A DNA stretch of 64,000 nucleotides from Schmidtea polychroa. Lineage: Eukaryota. The stretch lies in the NCBI GenBank assembly GCA_044892525.1, contig CM097886.1, positions 92,194,001 through 92,258,000 on the forward strand, given 5' to 3'. The notes under the pieces were generated by a model. It ran no database searches, was not told where the DNA came from, and saw only the letters and a program-made list of their open reading frames with translations. Shown here one piece after another: positions 9,780 through 21,672 of the stretch. Made by a program: the position numbers and the translations under genes. The stretch's first letter is position 1, and every line of letters starts with the position of its first letter.

Positions 9780-12490
9780 ATAGCAATGGCCTCAATTTTC
9801 TTGTTGATTCAGGTTCAATAATTTCATTATTACCGAATTACCTATACAAAAACACAAAAACCGAAACCGCAAATTTGTGCGCAGCAAACGGCAGCCCAAT
9901 TAAAACGTTCGGAAAGCAAAACATTAACATCACCATCAACAACACACAATACAATTGGCAATTCACTATCTCTGAAGTCAAACAAGCTATTTTAGGAGCA
10001 GATTTCCTTTCAAACTTCAATCTACTAGTCGACTGTAAGAATGGAAAAGTCATACCAAACAATTCAAATAACACACACCACAAAAATAAACAGTCTAAAA
10101 AACAAATCAATTGTGACATCGGAGTAATAACAGCCCAAATAGGTGAAGCAAAAACAAATAAAACAGAAACAAACTGGCACATACCTAACGAAATCGCAAA
10201 ACTGATACGAAATGCAGCAAATATAACTAAAAAATTTGAGATAAACAACAACACAAAATGCATAACCGAACACATAATAATTAGCAACGGAAACCCAGTC
10301 CATGCAAAAGTCAGACAGTTAGACAAAAATAAACTCGAAATAACTAAGAAAATATTCGACGAACTACTAGAAAACCAAATCGTCAAACACTCAAACTCAA
10401 ACTGGTCATCGGCCCTCATGCTTAAAGAAAAGGCAAACTGCGAATGGCGAGCCTGTGGAGACTACAGAGCATTAAACAATATCACAACAGCAGACAAATA
10501 CCCAATCCCAATAATAAACGATATCATCAACAGATTTAACAAACCCAAAATTTTCAGCAAAATAGATTTAGAAAAAGCCTATCATCAAATTCCTGTCAGA
10601 ACTGAAGACATAAAGAAAACAGCAATCATCACACCCATAGGACTGTTCGAGTATAAAAAAATGCCTTTCGGATTAAAAAATGCTGCAGCCACTTTCCAAC
10701 GCTTCATGGACCAAATATTACGAAATCAACAGAACACAGTCGCATACCTTGACGACATCCTGATAGCATCAGCAAACAAAACAGAACATATACAAAATAT
10801 TAAAAATGTGTTCGATATATTAAGCAAACATGAGCTAAAAATTAACATAAAAAAATGTGAATTTTTGAAAACAGAAATAAAATTCCTGGGACACATGTTA
10901 AACGAAAATGGAACAAGACCTTTAGACGACAAAATCAAAGCGATCAAAAATTACCCTCTACCCAAAACTACAAAAGAGCTAAGACGTTTCCTTGGCATGA
11001 TCAATTTCTATCACAAATACATACCAAGATGTAGTGAAATGCTAGCCCCTCTCAATGAACTGAACAAAATAAAGAGAAACATCAAAATAAATTGGAACGA
11101 AAAACTAATAACATCGTTCGAACAGGCAAAAGAAAATCTGAAAAATGCAAGCATCCTAAACTATTCCAACCAAGAATTACCATACATAGTCAACACAGAT
11201 TGTTCGGGAGTAGCAATGGGCGGAACGATATTCCAAGAAGAAAATAACGAAAAAAGACCAATAGCTTTCTTCTCAAAGAAACTCAAAACCCACCAAATGA
11301 GATACTCTACTTTTGACAGGGAGTTATTAGCGTTACATGATACAATCAGACATTTCCAATACCTATTGGAAGGAAAAGATTTCGAAGTGTATACCGACCA
11401 TAAACCCTTAATAAACGCAATGAACATGAAAAACCCTTCACCGAGACAAATAAGACAATTAAACTATATTTCACAATTTAATTGCAAAATAAAATACATA
11501 GCAGGTTCAGCTAACATAAGTGCAGATGCATTATCAAGAATAGAAACTGACATAAATGCACTTAACATAACACCCATAATAGAGTTAGAAAAGTTAAAAA
11601 CTAAACAAAAAGAAACAACAATCGAAACTCCAAGGATGAATTCACTCCACCTGGAAGAAATAGACGGCATATGGTACGACACTTCAAATTACAATAACAA
11701 AAGGATCGTAGTACCAGCAGAACTGCGCGATCAATACCTCCAAAAATATCACAACATCTACCATCCGGGAAACAAAGCCACATACGAACTTCTGCATACC
11801 AAAGTTGTTTGGCCTTATATGAGAAGGGACGTAAAAACGTTCGTAAAAAATTGCCCACAATGTCAAAAGAATAAAATAACAACAAAACAATTCAAAACAA
11901 CAATTGTAGAATTCCCAAGTTCTGAACCGTTCGAAACGATACATATCGACATAGTCGGCCCTCTACCTCCAAATAATAAACACAAGTACTTATTAACTAT
12001 AATAGACCGAAAAACAAATTGGTTCGAAGCCATTCCCATAAAGGAAATATCAGCAGCAAAAATATGCAGTAAATTAGAATTAAACTGGTTCGCCCGGTAT
12101 GGCTGCCCAAAGACAATAATCAGCGATCAGGGTAGGCAATTTGAATCCGACATTTTCAAAGGACTTTGCAACAAATATAACATCAACAAAACCAGAACAA
12201 CAGCATACAATCCACAATCAAACGGAAAAGTTGAGAGATTACACCGATCATTAAAACAAGCAATCCGAACAAAAACAAATAATAACAACAACTGGTTAGA
12301 AAAATTACCAGAAATACTAATAGGATTACGAAACAACCCTTCAAGCCTAAACAACAAAAGCCCTAGCCAATCAGTTTTCGGACACAATACAAACCTACCA
12401 AACCTAAAGGACGAAAACGAAAACAAGATAAAAACAACCGCTAAAGAATCACAAATACCCATACTAAAAAGTATCCTAAAAAAAAAATAA
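9716..12490 (+). CDS. pol: Pol polyprotein (protease, RT, RNase H, integrase); C-terminal GPY/F tail frameshifted
   Basis: FLVDSGS protease, YLDDILI RT, VNTDCS RNase H, YH...H...C..C and HIDIVGP/SDQG/VERLHR integrase; VLVKKPF...YEGPY continues in another frame after the A-run near 12480. Confidence 0.96.
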   Translation, partial: GKHIKSPMIAPTLGDSQTFTVHSNGLNFLVDSGSIISLLPNYLYKNTKTETANLCAANGSPIKTFGKQNINITINNTQYNWQFTISEVKQAILGADFLSNFNLLVDCKNGKVIPNNSNNTHHKNKQSKKQINCDIGVITAQIGEAKTNKTETNWHIPNEIAKLIRNAANITKKFEINNNTKCITEHIIISNGNPVHAKVRQLDKNKLEITKKIFDELLENQIVKHSNSNWSSALMLKEKANCEWRACGDYRALNNITTADKYPIPIINDIINRFNKPKIFSKIDLEKAYHQIPVRTEDIKKTAIITPIGLFEYKKMPFGLKNAAATFQRFMDQILRNQQNTVAYLDDILIASANKTEHIQNIKNVFDILSKHELKINIKKCEFLKTEIKFLGHMLNENGTRPLDDKIKAIKNYPLPKTTKELRRFLGMINFYHKYIPRCSEMLAPLNELNKIKRNIKINWNEKLITSFEQAKENLKNASILNYSNQELPYIVNTDCSGVAMGGTIFQEENNEKRPIAFFSKKLKTHQMRYSTFDRELLALHDTIRHFQYLLEGKDFEVYTDHKPLINAMNMKNPSPRQIRQLNYISQFNCKIKYIAGSANISADALSRIETDINALNITPIIELEKLKTKQKETTIETPRMNSLHLEEIDGIWYDTSNYNNKRIVVPAELRDQYLQKYHNIYHPGNKATYELLHTKVVWPYMRRDVKTFVKNCPQCQKNKITTKQFKTTIVEFPSSEPFETIHIDIVGPLPPNNKHKYLLTIIDRKTNWFEAIPIKEISAAKICSKLELNWFARYGCPKTIISDQGRQFESDIFKGLCNKYNINKTRTTAYNPQSNGKVERLHRSLKQAIRTKTNNNNNWLEKLPEILIGLRNNPSSLNNKSPSQSVFGHNTNLPNLKDENENKIKTTAKESQIPILKSILKKK

Positions 12491-13043
12491 TAATAAAACC
12501 CAATACCAAACAGAACTAATAATAGACATGGTTTTAGTAAAGAAACCCTTCACTAGCGGATTTGAAACAAAGTACGAAGGCCCATACAAACTGTTAAATA
12601 TGTAAAAAAACGTTGGCACAATTTTAAAAGACAATAAACAAATCAAAATAAACATACGCAGATTAAAACCATATCACGAAAACAAAACACCAACTCTTAA
12701 CAATCACCACAACCTAAACCCTCAAAACAACCACCCAAAGCACAAAACACAAGAACGAACAGAAATACAGACAAACCAGAAACACATCAGATTCAGCGAA
12801 AAAGACTCAACAAAAATTTTCGACAACAACACAACAATTACACCAGAATACAAAAAGCGTTATAGCAATTGCCTCAAATAAACAACACATGCACCCACAA
12901 GATTTTGTTGTACAATTTTTATAAAGTGCTAGTTGTAAAACACAAAACATAAACTCACCTAAATCATCACAAAACACAAGAACATATTTTTTTTTGCAGT
13001 TTTATCTTATCTCTGTAAATATGTAAAGCCGTTTAAATGTTAA

Positions 13044-13646
13044 CCTCCGGTATAATTCATTCAATCTTTCATCCCAGTTCTTATGAGCCCCAGCGTATAT
13101 AAGTATACCAATCAGTGCATAAATTTCGTTTGAATTTGTATCATACCAAATACGTGCAGTGTTACTATTTATAGTGTAGAAATGCCGAGCTTTTCTATTT
13201 GTTTCGGCCACTATTACATTTATTAATGTCTCGGGAAGTATTTTTTTAAACGCGGCCAGATGAGTATTTATATTTCGAGCTGTTTCAAGAGAAATTCCTT
13301 GTTTTTCTCTCAAGATCTGAAAGTCGCGAACTCTAGTTACATTTGGTGGACTTGCCATCCATTTTCTTTTGTACTTTTTATTTTGCGCGTAATACCAAAT
13401 TCCTTCTTCTTCCACTTCAGCTTCTATATTTTGTACTTCTTGGTCTTCATCAGTTTCTATATTTTGTAGTTCTTGTTCTTCATCAGTTTCTATATTTTGC
13501 ATTTCAACAGCAGCTTCATCTGTTGCTATATCGAGATCAGAAAAGTCACTATCAAAGTTATCATTTGCTAGCTCTTCCTCATCAGAATCGATTATACTTT
13601 CGAAAAGATTTCGAATATCCTGGCTAGTTTGTCTTTTTCGGGCCAT
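13044..13646 (-). pseudogene. Truncated piggyBac transposase (acidic N-terminus and start of the DDD core)
   Basis: ATG at 13646; ...LPETLINVIVAETNRKA...TNSNEIYALIGILIYAG...; homology stops at ERLNELY. Probable 5' UTR intron GTGAG...TTTTCTAG around 13677-13728. Confidence 0.8.
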
Positions 13647-14140
13647 ATCTAAATAACAATCCAAATTATTATATACCTAGAAAATTAGACTACACAAAAC
13701 AACCACAAAAATATATAAATATTCTCACCTTATAAAAATAGTCACCAAATAGTTTTTTATATGAATATATAATTAATAATATATAATAATCCCCTAAAAC
13801 ACAAAGAAATGTAATACTAAATACAAAATGGTGAGTCTTTTCGAAACTATTGATAAAAAACTATACAAAAGAAAGGAAAGAATATGATTTTGATTCAAAA
13901 TGCATAACAAAAAAATTGGGGTCAGATTAACCCCAATGCACCAATATATAATTAAATTGCTTAAAACTATCGTAGCTACGTCATATATAATGTTTTTTTG
14001 ATTATTTTTTTTGTAATATGTGTGTAAAACCTTAGTTGAGGCAAATCTAGTTGCTTGACATAGTTAGTTGGTGTAAAAACTTATTATATCACTTATTACA
14101 AAGACTGGGGTCCTTTTTACCCCAATGCACAGACAGAAGG
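13044..14140 (-). mobile_element. piggyBac fragment inserted into the Gypsy 3' UTR immediately before the PPT
   Basis: TTAA at 13040-13043 and 14141-14144; ends CCTCCGGT and (reverse complement) CCTTCTGT; two subterminal TGCATTGGGGT-N6-GACCCCA palindromic repeats (~13917-13938, 14107-14128). Confidence 0.8.
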
Positions 14141-14142
14141 TT

Positions 14143-14153
14143 AAAGGGGGAAG
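14143..14153 (+). other. Polypurine tract
   Basis: AAAGGGGGAAG three nt before the 3' LTR. Confidence 0.85.
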
Positions 14154-14156
14154 TTC

Positions 14157-14785
14157 TGTAATGTATTGTAATTATTTATTTTTCTTGGTTTTGTTAACCG
14201 TATGTTATAAATGTAAATTGCAATTCTTCACGTCGTACGTGGCGAAGGTTTTATTTTATGTTTGTAAAAAAACAAACTATATAGTGATAATTTACCATAG
14301 TAAATTATCACTATAGGAAAAAATTGAATTTAAAAAAATCGATAACTACAAATTAAAAAATTATCAAAACAAGAAACAGTAAATTGGGAAATTTCAAGAT
14401 CCAACAGTTATAATTCGGAAGCTCTCCCAACGACTACTCAAAGGATTAGATCAAATACTCGTATAATCTCGAACCATACACTTACTTTTTCATATCCCAT
14501 TATTATTCGAACTTAAAAAGCTTACTCAAAGATTAATCACTGAAGAAAAGCTATATTGTCAGAAGTAACCTTATATTGGTTTTTAGTTAATAAAAATTTT
14601 AAAGTGTTATAATAATTGTTGTATATTAATTTGATTTTCTTTTTTATTGTATTTTTCGCGTCAAAACAAAACACAGCCTGCACCCCGATTGTCCCACCAC
14701 ATTTGTTTTTATCGGTGACTCTTTCTGGCTCATCAATTTTCCTGATTGCATTAAATAACAATAAAAATAACATTATTACTTAACA
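14157..14785 (+). repeat. 3' LTR
   Basis: 629-bp direct repeat of 7805-8433 followed by the GTTTG TSD. Confidence 0.97.
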
Positions 14786-15250
14786 GTTTGTATGAAAGAA
14801 TTAGGAATGTCGGATTTTAAAATATTCTCAAAAAACTTTGATAATTGTTTTGAGCGTGTGATATGAGAAGCATTATTGATAAGAACTTTTAATCCTAAAA
14901 TCAATGTAAAGATTGCAGTGAACACGTGTGTGTTGAATGTTTTTAATTAAGTTTTTGTATGTTGATGTATATTAATAATAGTTATGTTAAATAATTAAAA
15001 AAAATAATTAAAATAATATTTTTAAATAATTTTAAAAGTTTAAAATAATTGATTGTTGAAAATTATTTTAAAAATAATTGTTTAAAATTGTTATTTATAA
15101 TTTAAAAAATTATAAATTTGTCTATATATTATCAATATAGTTTAGTTATTCATCCGTCGTGAATGTAGGTAACCTGATGATGATAATGATTCTATCGAAA
15201 TATATAGTGAAAAAGATGTACGAATGGCGATTTAGACAAATAAATATTTA
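14786..15250 (+). mobile_element. Penelope-like element family A, C-terminal half of GIY-YIG and 3' terminal region
   Basis: Joining 7804 to 14791 restores HNKVCMKELGMSDFKIF...*EALLIRTFNPKINV...VF N* (stop 14948-14950); hammerhead motif ~225 nt downstream. Confidence 0.85.
15171..15209 (+). ncRNA. Minimal type I hammerhead ribozyme motif (PLE type), slightly decayed
   Basis: AAC-CTGATGA-T-GATA...TATC-GAAA-TATA-TA-GTG; core intact, UA cleavage site after 15206. Confidence 0.65.
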
Positions 15251-17073
15251 AAAAGTATTATGTGTGCAGAGTGTAAATGTTAATTGTGTGCAGAGCCTAA
15301 TTATTTATAAAATTGTGGAATTAAACATTTGTGTGAAAATTGGAAACAAAATTTCGATTTAGTTGGGTCTCATAATTCAACCATTTGTACAGGTAATCAA
15401 TTAAAAATCAATTGTGGCGAACCAATTCAAAGTTATTAGCAGCAATTTGAAATGTTATTTTAACTTAATCCATTAAGGCCCAAATTTATTTTTGCAGAAA
15501 TTGATTTAGTTCGTCATCAAACGAAGTAAAAATTACTAAAAAAATTGTTTACCCACCTGTAGAGATAAACTTGATAATATCGGTGGTATTCAAATAACGA
15601 TCGTGAGTCTTAAAGGTAACAAAATAAATTAATATTATGGACATTCAAAAATATAAACAATAGAATTGTCATTTGACTACCATAGGTGCTAATGGGTCAA
15701 TTTAGGCGTTATAAAATATATAACTTGTTTATGGAACTATCAACTTATCAAATATCACTCGACGTGTTATGGACGTCATTCCAACACAAGTGGTTAATAA
15801 AAGTACATTACGAGTCCTATTCAGTATTTATCATTCTTACTGAAAAACTATTATAAACCAAACAGTTTAAATAACTTAATTACTAAGATATTGCGATTGT
15901 TATAGACAATGATGTTATCTATTTCATTTCTTTTTACTCTTTTTTTCTCTTAATGTTTTCAGATATAACGTCCAAAATTTCGACATAAGAAATTATTTCC
16001 TATCAGTCATGAACTATTTTATTATTTAGTCATAGTAATTTGGTGAACCATATGACAAAATTAAAAAAAATTATTAATAGCTAGATATTTCAAAAACAAA
16101 TTAATTTAAAAGATAATAGAATTTTCTTTATATATTGATGAAAGTAAACATGGCATGCGAATTAAAATGATATTTTCTGAATACTTATTATTTTATAATC
16201 TATTATTAATTTCTATAATTTAAAAAAAATTTCAAAATAAATAAAATTGTAATTAATCATAAAAATTAAATTAAAATGGTGAAAATAGTTGTACAAATTC
16301 TTATAGATCGATAGTAACAATAATATAAATGATGATTTCTTGGTAAGGTTTAATTAAATGTTAAATAAGGAATATGTATTAAATAATCATAAAGTGAAAT
16401 ATCTTTTCATTTACTTGTTTAGTAATAATAATGATGATGATAATAAATATAATAATNNNNNNNNNNNNNNNNNNNNNNNNNNNNNNNNNNNNNNNNNNNN
16501 NNNNNNNNNNNNNNNNNNNNNNNNNNNNNNNNNNNNNNNNNNNNNNNNNNNNNNNNNNNNNNNNNNNNNNNNNNNNNNNNNNNNNNNNNNNNNNNNNNNN
16601 NNNNNNNNNNNNNNNNNNNNNNNNNNNNNNNNNAATATAATAATTTTTTGAAGAATAATATAAATGTTTACCAGAACATTAAATTTCTATCAATAAAAAA
16701 CACATCAGAAAACCTTTACTTGATACGATTTTCTTTAAGAATTATATTTCATTAATTTTCCAATAGTAATAAAATGTTCCCAGAATTAATAAAAATGTTC
16801 TTATTTTTCCTTCCTATTAGGTTTTGACATTCTTTTAAACAAAATATTTATATTAGTAAATATTTTTCAAAGCTGATTTACTCAATTTTATCAATCTTTG
16901 ATCACAAGAGCCATATTTGCCACATTTGCCATCCAGGGCAAATAATGGATGAATAATTGTGACAATTGACATAAAACTTTCTAGTTCTTGCAATCATGAA
17001 AACTTCAGTAAAGGCCTTTATTCCTTTTACCATTAATCTTTCTCCTCCATCTTCATGTCAGATTAATAATAAA

Positions 17074-17430
17074 CTAGTATAATATACAGCCGAGCATGAC
17101 GGGAAAAGTTAAAATGATAATAAAAATAAAATTCATTTTAAAATAACAATTCAAGTAACTTAAAGTTAAATTTTACGTCAAAAAATTTCCTTATAAACTA
17201 TATTGTGAGTGAAATTCCTTCTATTTTTAGCAACATTTCTTGTCGTGGCCTTGGATTGATGAATATTTTTATGTTGTCACTATTCCTTGATCTCGATAAA
17301 GGTACGTAGAGTTGTCCATGTGAGAAAACCGGGTCGTTTAAAAAAGATTAATGACAGCTAATATATTTGATTGATCTGACACACGTACAAACAAACAAAC
17401 AAATTAATGATGACTATTATATTAATGTTT
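17074..17430 (-). mobile_element. Short non-autonomous Helitron-like element
   Basis: Minus strand starts ATTAATATAATAG...(GTTT)n GTACG like 57959-58010 and ends with a GC-rich CCCGTCATGCTCGGC segment 11 nt before CTAG|T. Confidence 0.5.
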
Positions 17431-18986
17431 TAATATTTTAACACTAATTTTAGGAACAAACTTTTCAAATATATATATTGACCAATCTTAATTTATTTAT
17501 TCAAAAATGTAGTTTTATGCGATCTGAATGTTGATTGGAGGATTGTGAAGAAACACGATTGGATAATATTTATAAACTTTAATATTTGTTATAACTAAAA
17601 ATTAGTTTGAATTAAAACTGGTGTTTTTAATAAATTTTAATTAAAAAATAAATTGCATGAGTACTGATTTTTAAATGTAATTATTAAATTAATGAATTAA
17701 ATTAATTGGAAGATTTTTGAGAAATATTTTCTAAGTTATATATTGTAATACCTGTTAGTTTCAAAGAGGACCTTTAAATCGATTGAATTAATAAAAAATG
17801 TATAAATAAAAGAAACGTTATAGTCATAGAATGACAGACTCAATGAATATATTACGAATGCCAAAATATTAAAATAAATTATTGAAGTAATTAAAATATT
17901 TGAAGAAACTAGAAAAATGTCAAAGAGAAATTTTTATCGAACTATGAAAAGAAATAGAGAAAAAGTAAAAAATATCAATGAGATAAATTAATAAAAAATA
18001 AATAGACGAAAATGAATGTCAATAAAAATTAATTTGTAAAAATACTGAATAAAAACAAAAACAATTTTCAAAGTCTATGGGATATAGATCTAACAAAAAT
18101 GTTTAGTTCTAAATCCTCAAGTTGTTACTAAACATCAAAGTAATTGTTAATAAAAAACGTTTGTCAGCAAAATTTATAAATAAAAAAACATTAATTAAAA
18201 GTTAAACCACAGAGTTAAAGTAAAAGTAGCAATAGATATAATAGTTCTAAGATATTTAAACCATAAAAATAGTTTTGTAATGGTGAATCATAGTTTTAAA
18301 CAACTGCTATTCCCCTCAAAAAGTTTCATTAGACACTGACAACCTTTGAATTGATTAATATTTTTGTGCTCTTGCTCAGTAAAGCAGAGACTAAATTGTA
18401 ATTAGGCTGATCTAATAATTGTTATGCATTGTAGTAAATTTGTTGTCAAAGCATAATTGGAGTCACACCAACAGTTGTTAACATCTTATTTCACAGACAA
18501 TTTCATCCGACCTAAAAGTTTTATAAAAATTTGGAAAATATTCAAAGTAATTGTTTTTAAAAAAGAAAGAAAAATTTGCTTTTCTTATTAAAAAAACTAA
18601 ACAAATCATAATAAATTACTTTGATAAGGCGTTTAGAAAAAATTTAATAAAATTTTGGATTTTGAGTTTATTTTTTAATTTTAATTTTAATAGGCTTTAA
18701 GAAAAATAAACTCAATTGATTATTTTACTAGAATTACTTGAGTAGGTTACTTCAATAGTCAATTATCCTAAAAGATTTTGTGGATTTAAGGATAAAAGAA
18801 ATATGATGAAAGAATTAATTAATCGTTCGTGGTCTTTATCGGAGTAAAAGCTGTTAATAAATTCGTAAAGTTGTTGATGAAGAATGGGTATTCAAATCAT
18901 TTTTATAAATAACGATAAAAGAAACGGTTGATAAATTGTTTTTTATTTTTAAAAAGAAGAAAAATTTTATTTAAATATTTTTTAGT

Positions 18987-19100
18987 TTATAAGAACTTTT
19001 TTTTCGAATTTCACCACTGATTTTTTCCATTGAATTAATTAAAAGAGCTTGAAGACTATAAATATCGATGTTTTTGATATATAGTCTTCAAGCTCTTTTT
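18987..19100. mobile_element. Collapsed copy of long-TIR MITE family C (perfect 20-bp hairpin)
   Basis: AAAAGAGCTTGAAGACTATA 19041-19060 and TATAGTCTTCAAGCTCTTTT 19080-19099, preceded by the family leader TTATAAGAACTTTTT...TTTCACCACTGATTT. Confidence 0.7.
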
Positions 19101-20622
19101 AATAAATTTTTTAGTTTGATACAATTTAATAACGATTATTATTTGTTAATTGTTTGAATATTCTTATTTTTATTTAGTTCCTATTCATTTATTATTTCTA
19201 GCATAAAGAAGACTGTTAAACGGTCGAAATATATAACAATATTATATTTTAATATACTTAGTTGGCGATTTTCAATTATTAAAGCAATTTTATTATTTAC
19301 TTAATATAAATCAATATTAATTAGGAAAGACTTTAAATATTTCTCTATTAATATGTTATAAGTACCAAATAATTAATACAAAATTAAAACAGAATCAAAC
19401 TTTAATGATGTAAAAAATGTTTCCTTATCAAATTTAAGCTTCAAAATAATATTAAATAAACACATTTTAATTACTCGATTTGCAATATTAAAAAGCATAA
19501 TTATTATTAAAATTTATCTTTATAATATATTTATTTTCATTAAATTTGTGATGAAATTCGCACAGTAAATATCGAGGGAGAGAAAACCGTCTAGCTGTTA
19601 AATGTGATTAATGCCATCTATTTTTCAATGATTAATATTAATTTAGCAAAATATAATTTATTCAGTAATAATTTCATTGTTTTATTTTTTTTCCAGAAAA
19701 ATATTTTTTTACCTATAATTAAACTCAATAAATAGAAAAAATGAAAAATGAAAAATTTATTAAATTTACTTAGCTTCAAATATAGAAAGAATTCGTTTTT
19801 ATTTATTAATATTAAATTAAGGAGCTATATATAATACATTAATTATAGAAATTTTTTGTTAACAAATATTTGCCTTAAAATAAGAAAATTTACTAGAAAT
19901 TTAAATTAAAAAAGATTTTATATATATTCTAATCAAACTTAGTTTTTGTTTATATCAACCAGGTTTACCAATCAGATTCGCTTATCTTCAGTTTTTGTCT
20001 AAAATTGATTTTCGTATCTATTTACTATTTTTTTCTTTAGAAATGTCTTTAACCCTATTATTACCAGGTTATTATTACAATAAATAACAGTGAAAACATT
20101 TTTGAACGATTTAGATCAGCTAATATAGATCTGGAAGAACATTCAAGCTATGATTCGCCTTAAAAGTTAAATAATGGTATCTTCAGAAACGTGATGGAGT
20201 TGCATCCAAAGTTCATAAGTCGAGAGATTGCTGGCTCAATGCTGAAATCAGAAACCACAAAACGCTTTTCTTTAATTATTCTTAGAAAAGAATTTGAATG
20301 AGTTTTCAAATAAAATGAAATATATTTACCAAATTCTTTAAGAAAATCCAAAATATTTTTTGACTTAATTCTTTTTGCTTTCAATATTGAAATTAGCAAA
20401 GAAATAATTAATATGAAGATTAGTTAGTTAATTTTATTTTCTGGCAGAAATTTATTTTCCTTTGGAATTTTAAAATTTCCTTGTTAACAAAAATAGTAAC
20501 GAATTGTATTCATTTTTGTTAGAAAATTAAAATCAAAGATTTTGTTACGTAGTAAAATTTGGGGAAATTATAATTTATTTGACAAGACACTAATAATAGA
20601 AAATTACGAAAATATCATTATT

Positions 20623-21260
20623 GGAAATGTCTGTATACTGAGGATTTTCCACCAGGATCTAGATGTTCTTTAACTCTTTGGTCCAAGTTCTTGAGCGTAC
20701 TTCCAATGAATATTTCATTGCATACATTCCACGTGATGCAGTAGACAACGTTTTTTCAAAAGCATATTTTCTTCGGTGTTTTGTTTTCCAGTTTTCCATT
20801 GTGCAAATATTTTCTTTTTTTGCGTTGTTTTCCAGAGCTTCTATACATATCCCAGACTTATGTGCTAAACAGGTTTAAGGGCCATCATGCTTAATGTTTT
20901 TTAGGATCTTAAAGACGAGTATCTCGCTGATGAATGGAATATTCAGATAAAAATATTTCTTTTTTTTTGTTATCTCACTAGGTCTTTGTGGATTTGAATT
21001 CATTGCTTCAATATATTTATTGTGATAGGCGTTTTTGTGTAGGACATTTTTGAAGTTAAGTTGATATATATTGATTGGCTATCCTTTGTTTCACGTTTTA
21101 TATTACTTTCTGTTAGTATGAAAGTGTTGATTTTTTGTGCATAAATATTTCCATACGGGCTAGTTTTTTCTAGAATTCGCCGGTGAGTGTCTATTTCAAT
21201 TTTAATTTTTAAATCCAATGAGAACCAGAAAGGACCATCACTGAGAACAAACACTGAGGA
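20623..21260 (-). mobile_element. Penelope-like element family B remnant (RT thumb, linker, GIY-YIG), frameshifted
   Basis: Minus-strand pieces LHKNAYHNKYIE, KKKYFYLNIPFISE, NVVYCITWNVCNEIFIGSTLKNLDQRVKEHLDPGGKSSVYRH; DNA aligns with 63525-64000. Confidence 0.82.
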
Positions 21261-21633
21261 CTTTTACTGAGGTTTCTAGACAGATGTCATCTTTATTACG
21301 ACCAAGGGCAAAAAGTAGCGGAAGAAATATTCTTAAATATAATTAAAATAAAAATAGATACTCCAACCTACCAGTTCTACAAAAAAAACAAGGAAACACT
21401 TATGCACTTAAAAATATTTAAAAACATTTAGAACACAAGCATGTTTTTAAATAGTATTTTCAGAGTTACATATATAGATTGCTGTTTTTAAATTAAATAA
21501 TTTTTAAATTTGAATATTTTAAAATCTCCTTTTATGCTACAAATTAAAAATTATTTAATTAATATATAATATATATGATCAATATATTAATATATTTGTT
21601 TAGAAATCTATAATTTCTATTTTTAGTCTATCC

Positions 21634-21672
21634 TACTTGATGGTGACAGGAAAACTGTCAAAATATATCATA
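21634..21672 (+). ncRNA. Decayed hammerhead ribozyme motif (probably inactive)
   Basis: TAC-TTGATGG-T-GACAG-GAAAA-CTGTC-AAAA-TATA-TC; stem II identical to 47309-47323 but C3, A9 and G12 are mutated. Confidence 0.6.

Larger units (their letters stand above)
7805..14785 (+). mobile_element. Full-length Ty3/Gypsy LTR retrotransposon, CsRn1/Boudicca-like
   Basis: Two 629-bp LTRs (TG...CA), 5-bp TSD GTTTG (7800-7804, 14786-14790), PBS, PPT, gag with CHCC motif, pol with PR-RT-RH-IN order. Confidence 0.97.

Noticed and set aside
16900-17070. Faint piggyBac-like peptide traces (HPG...IVTID)
   Set aside because: Needs several frameshifts; not distinguishable from chance by eye.
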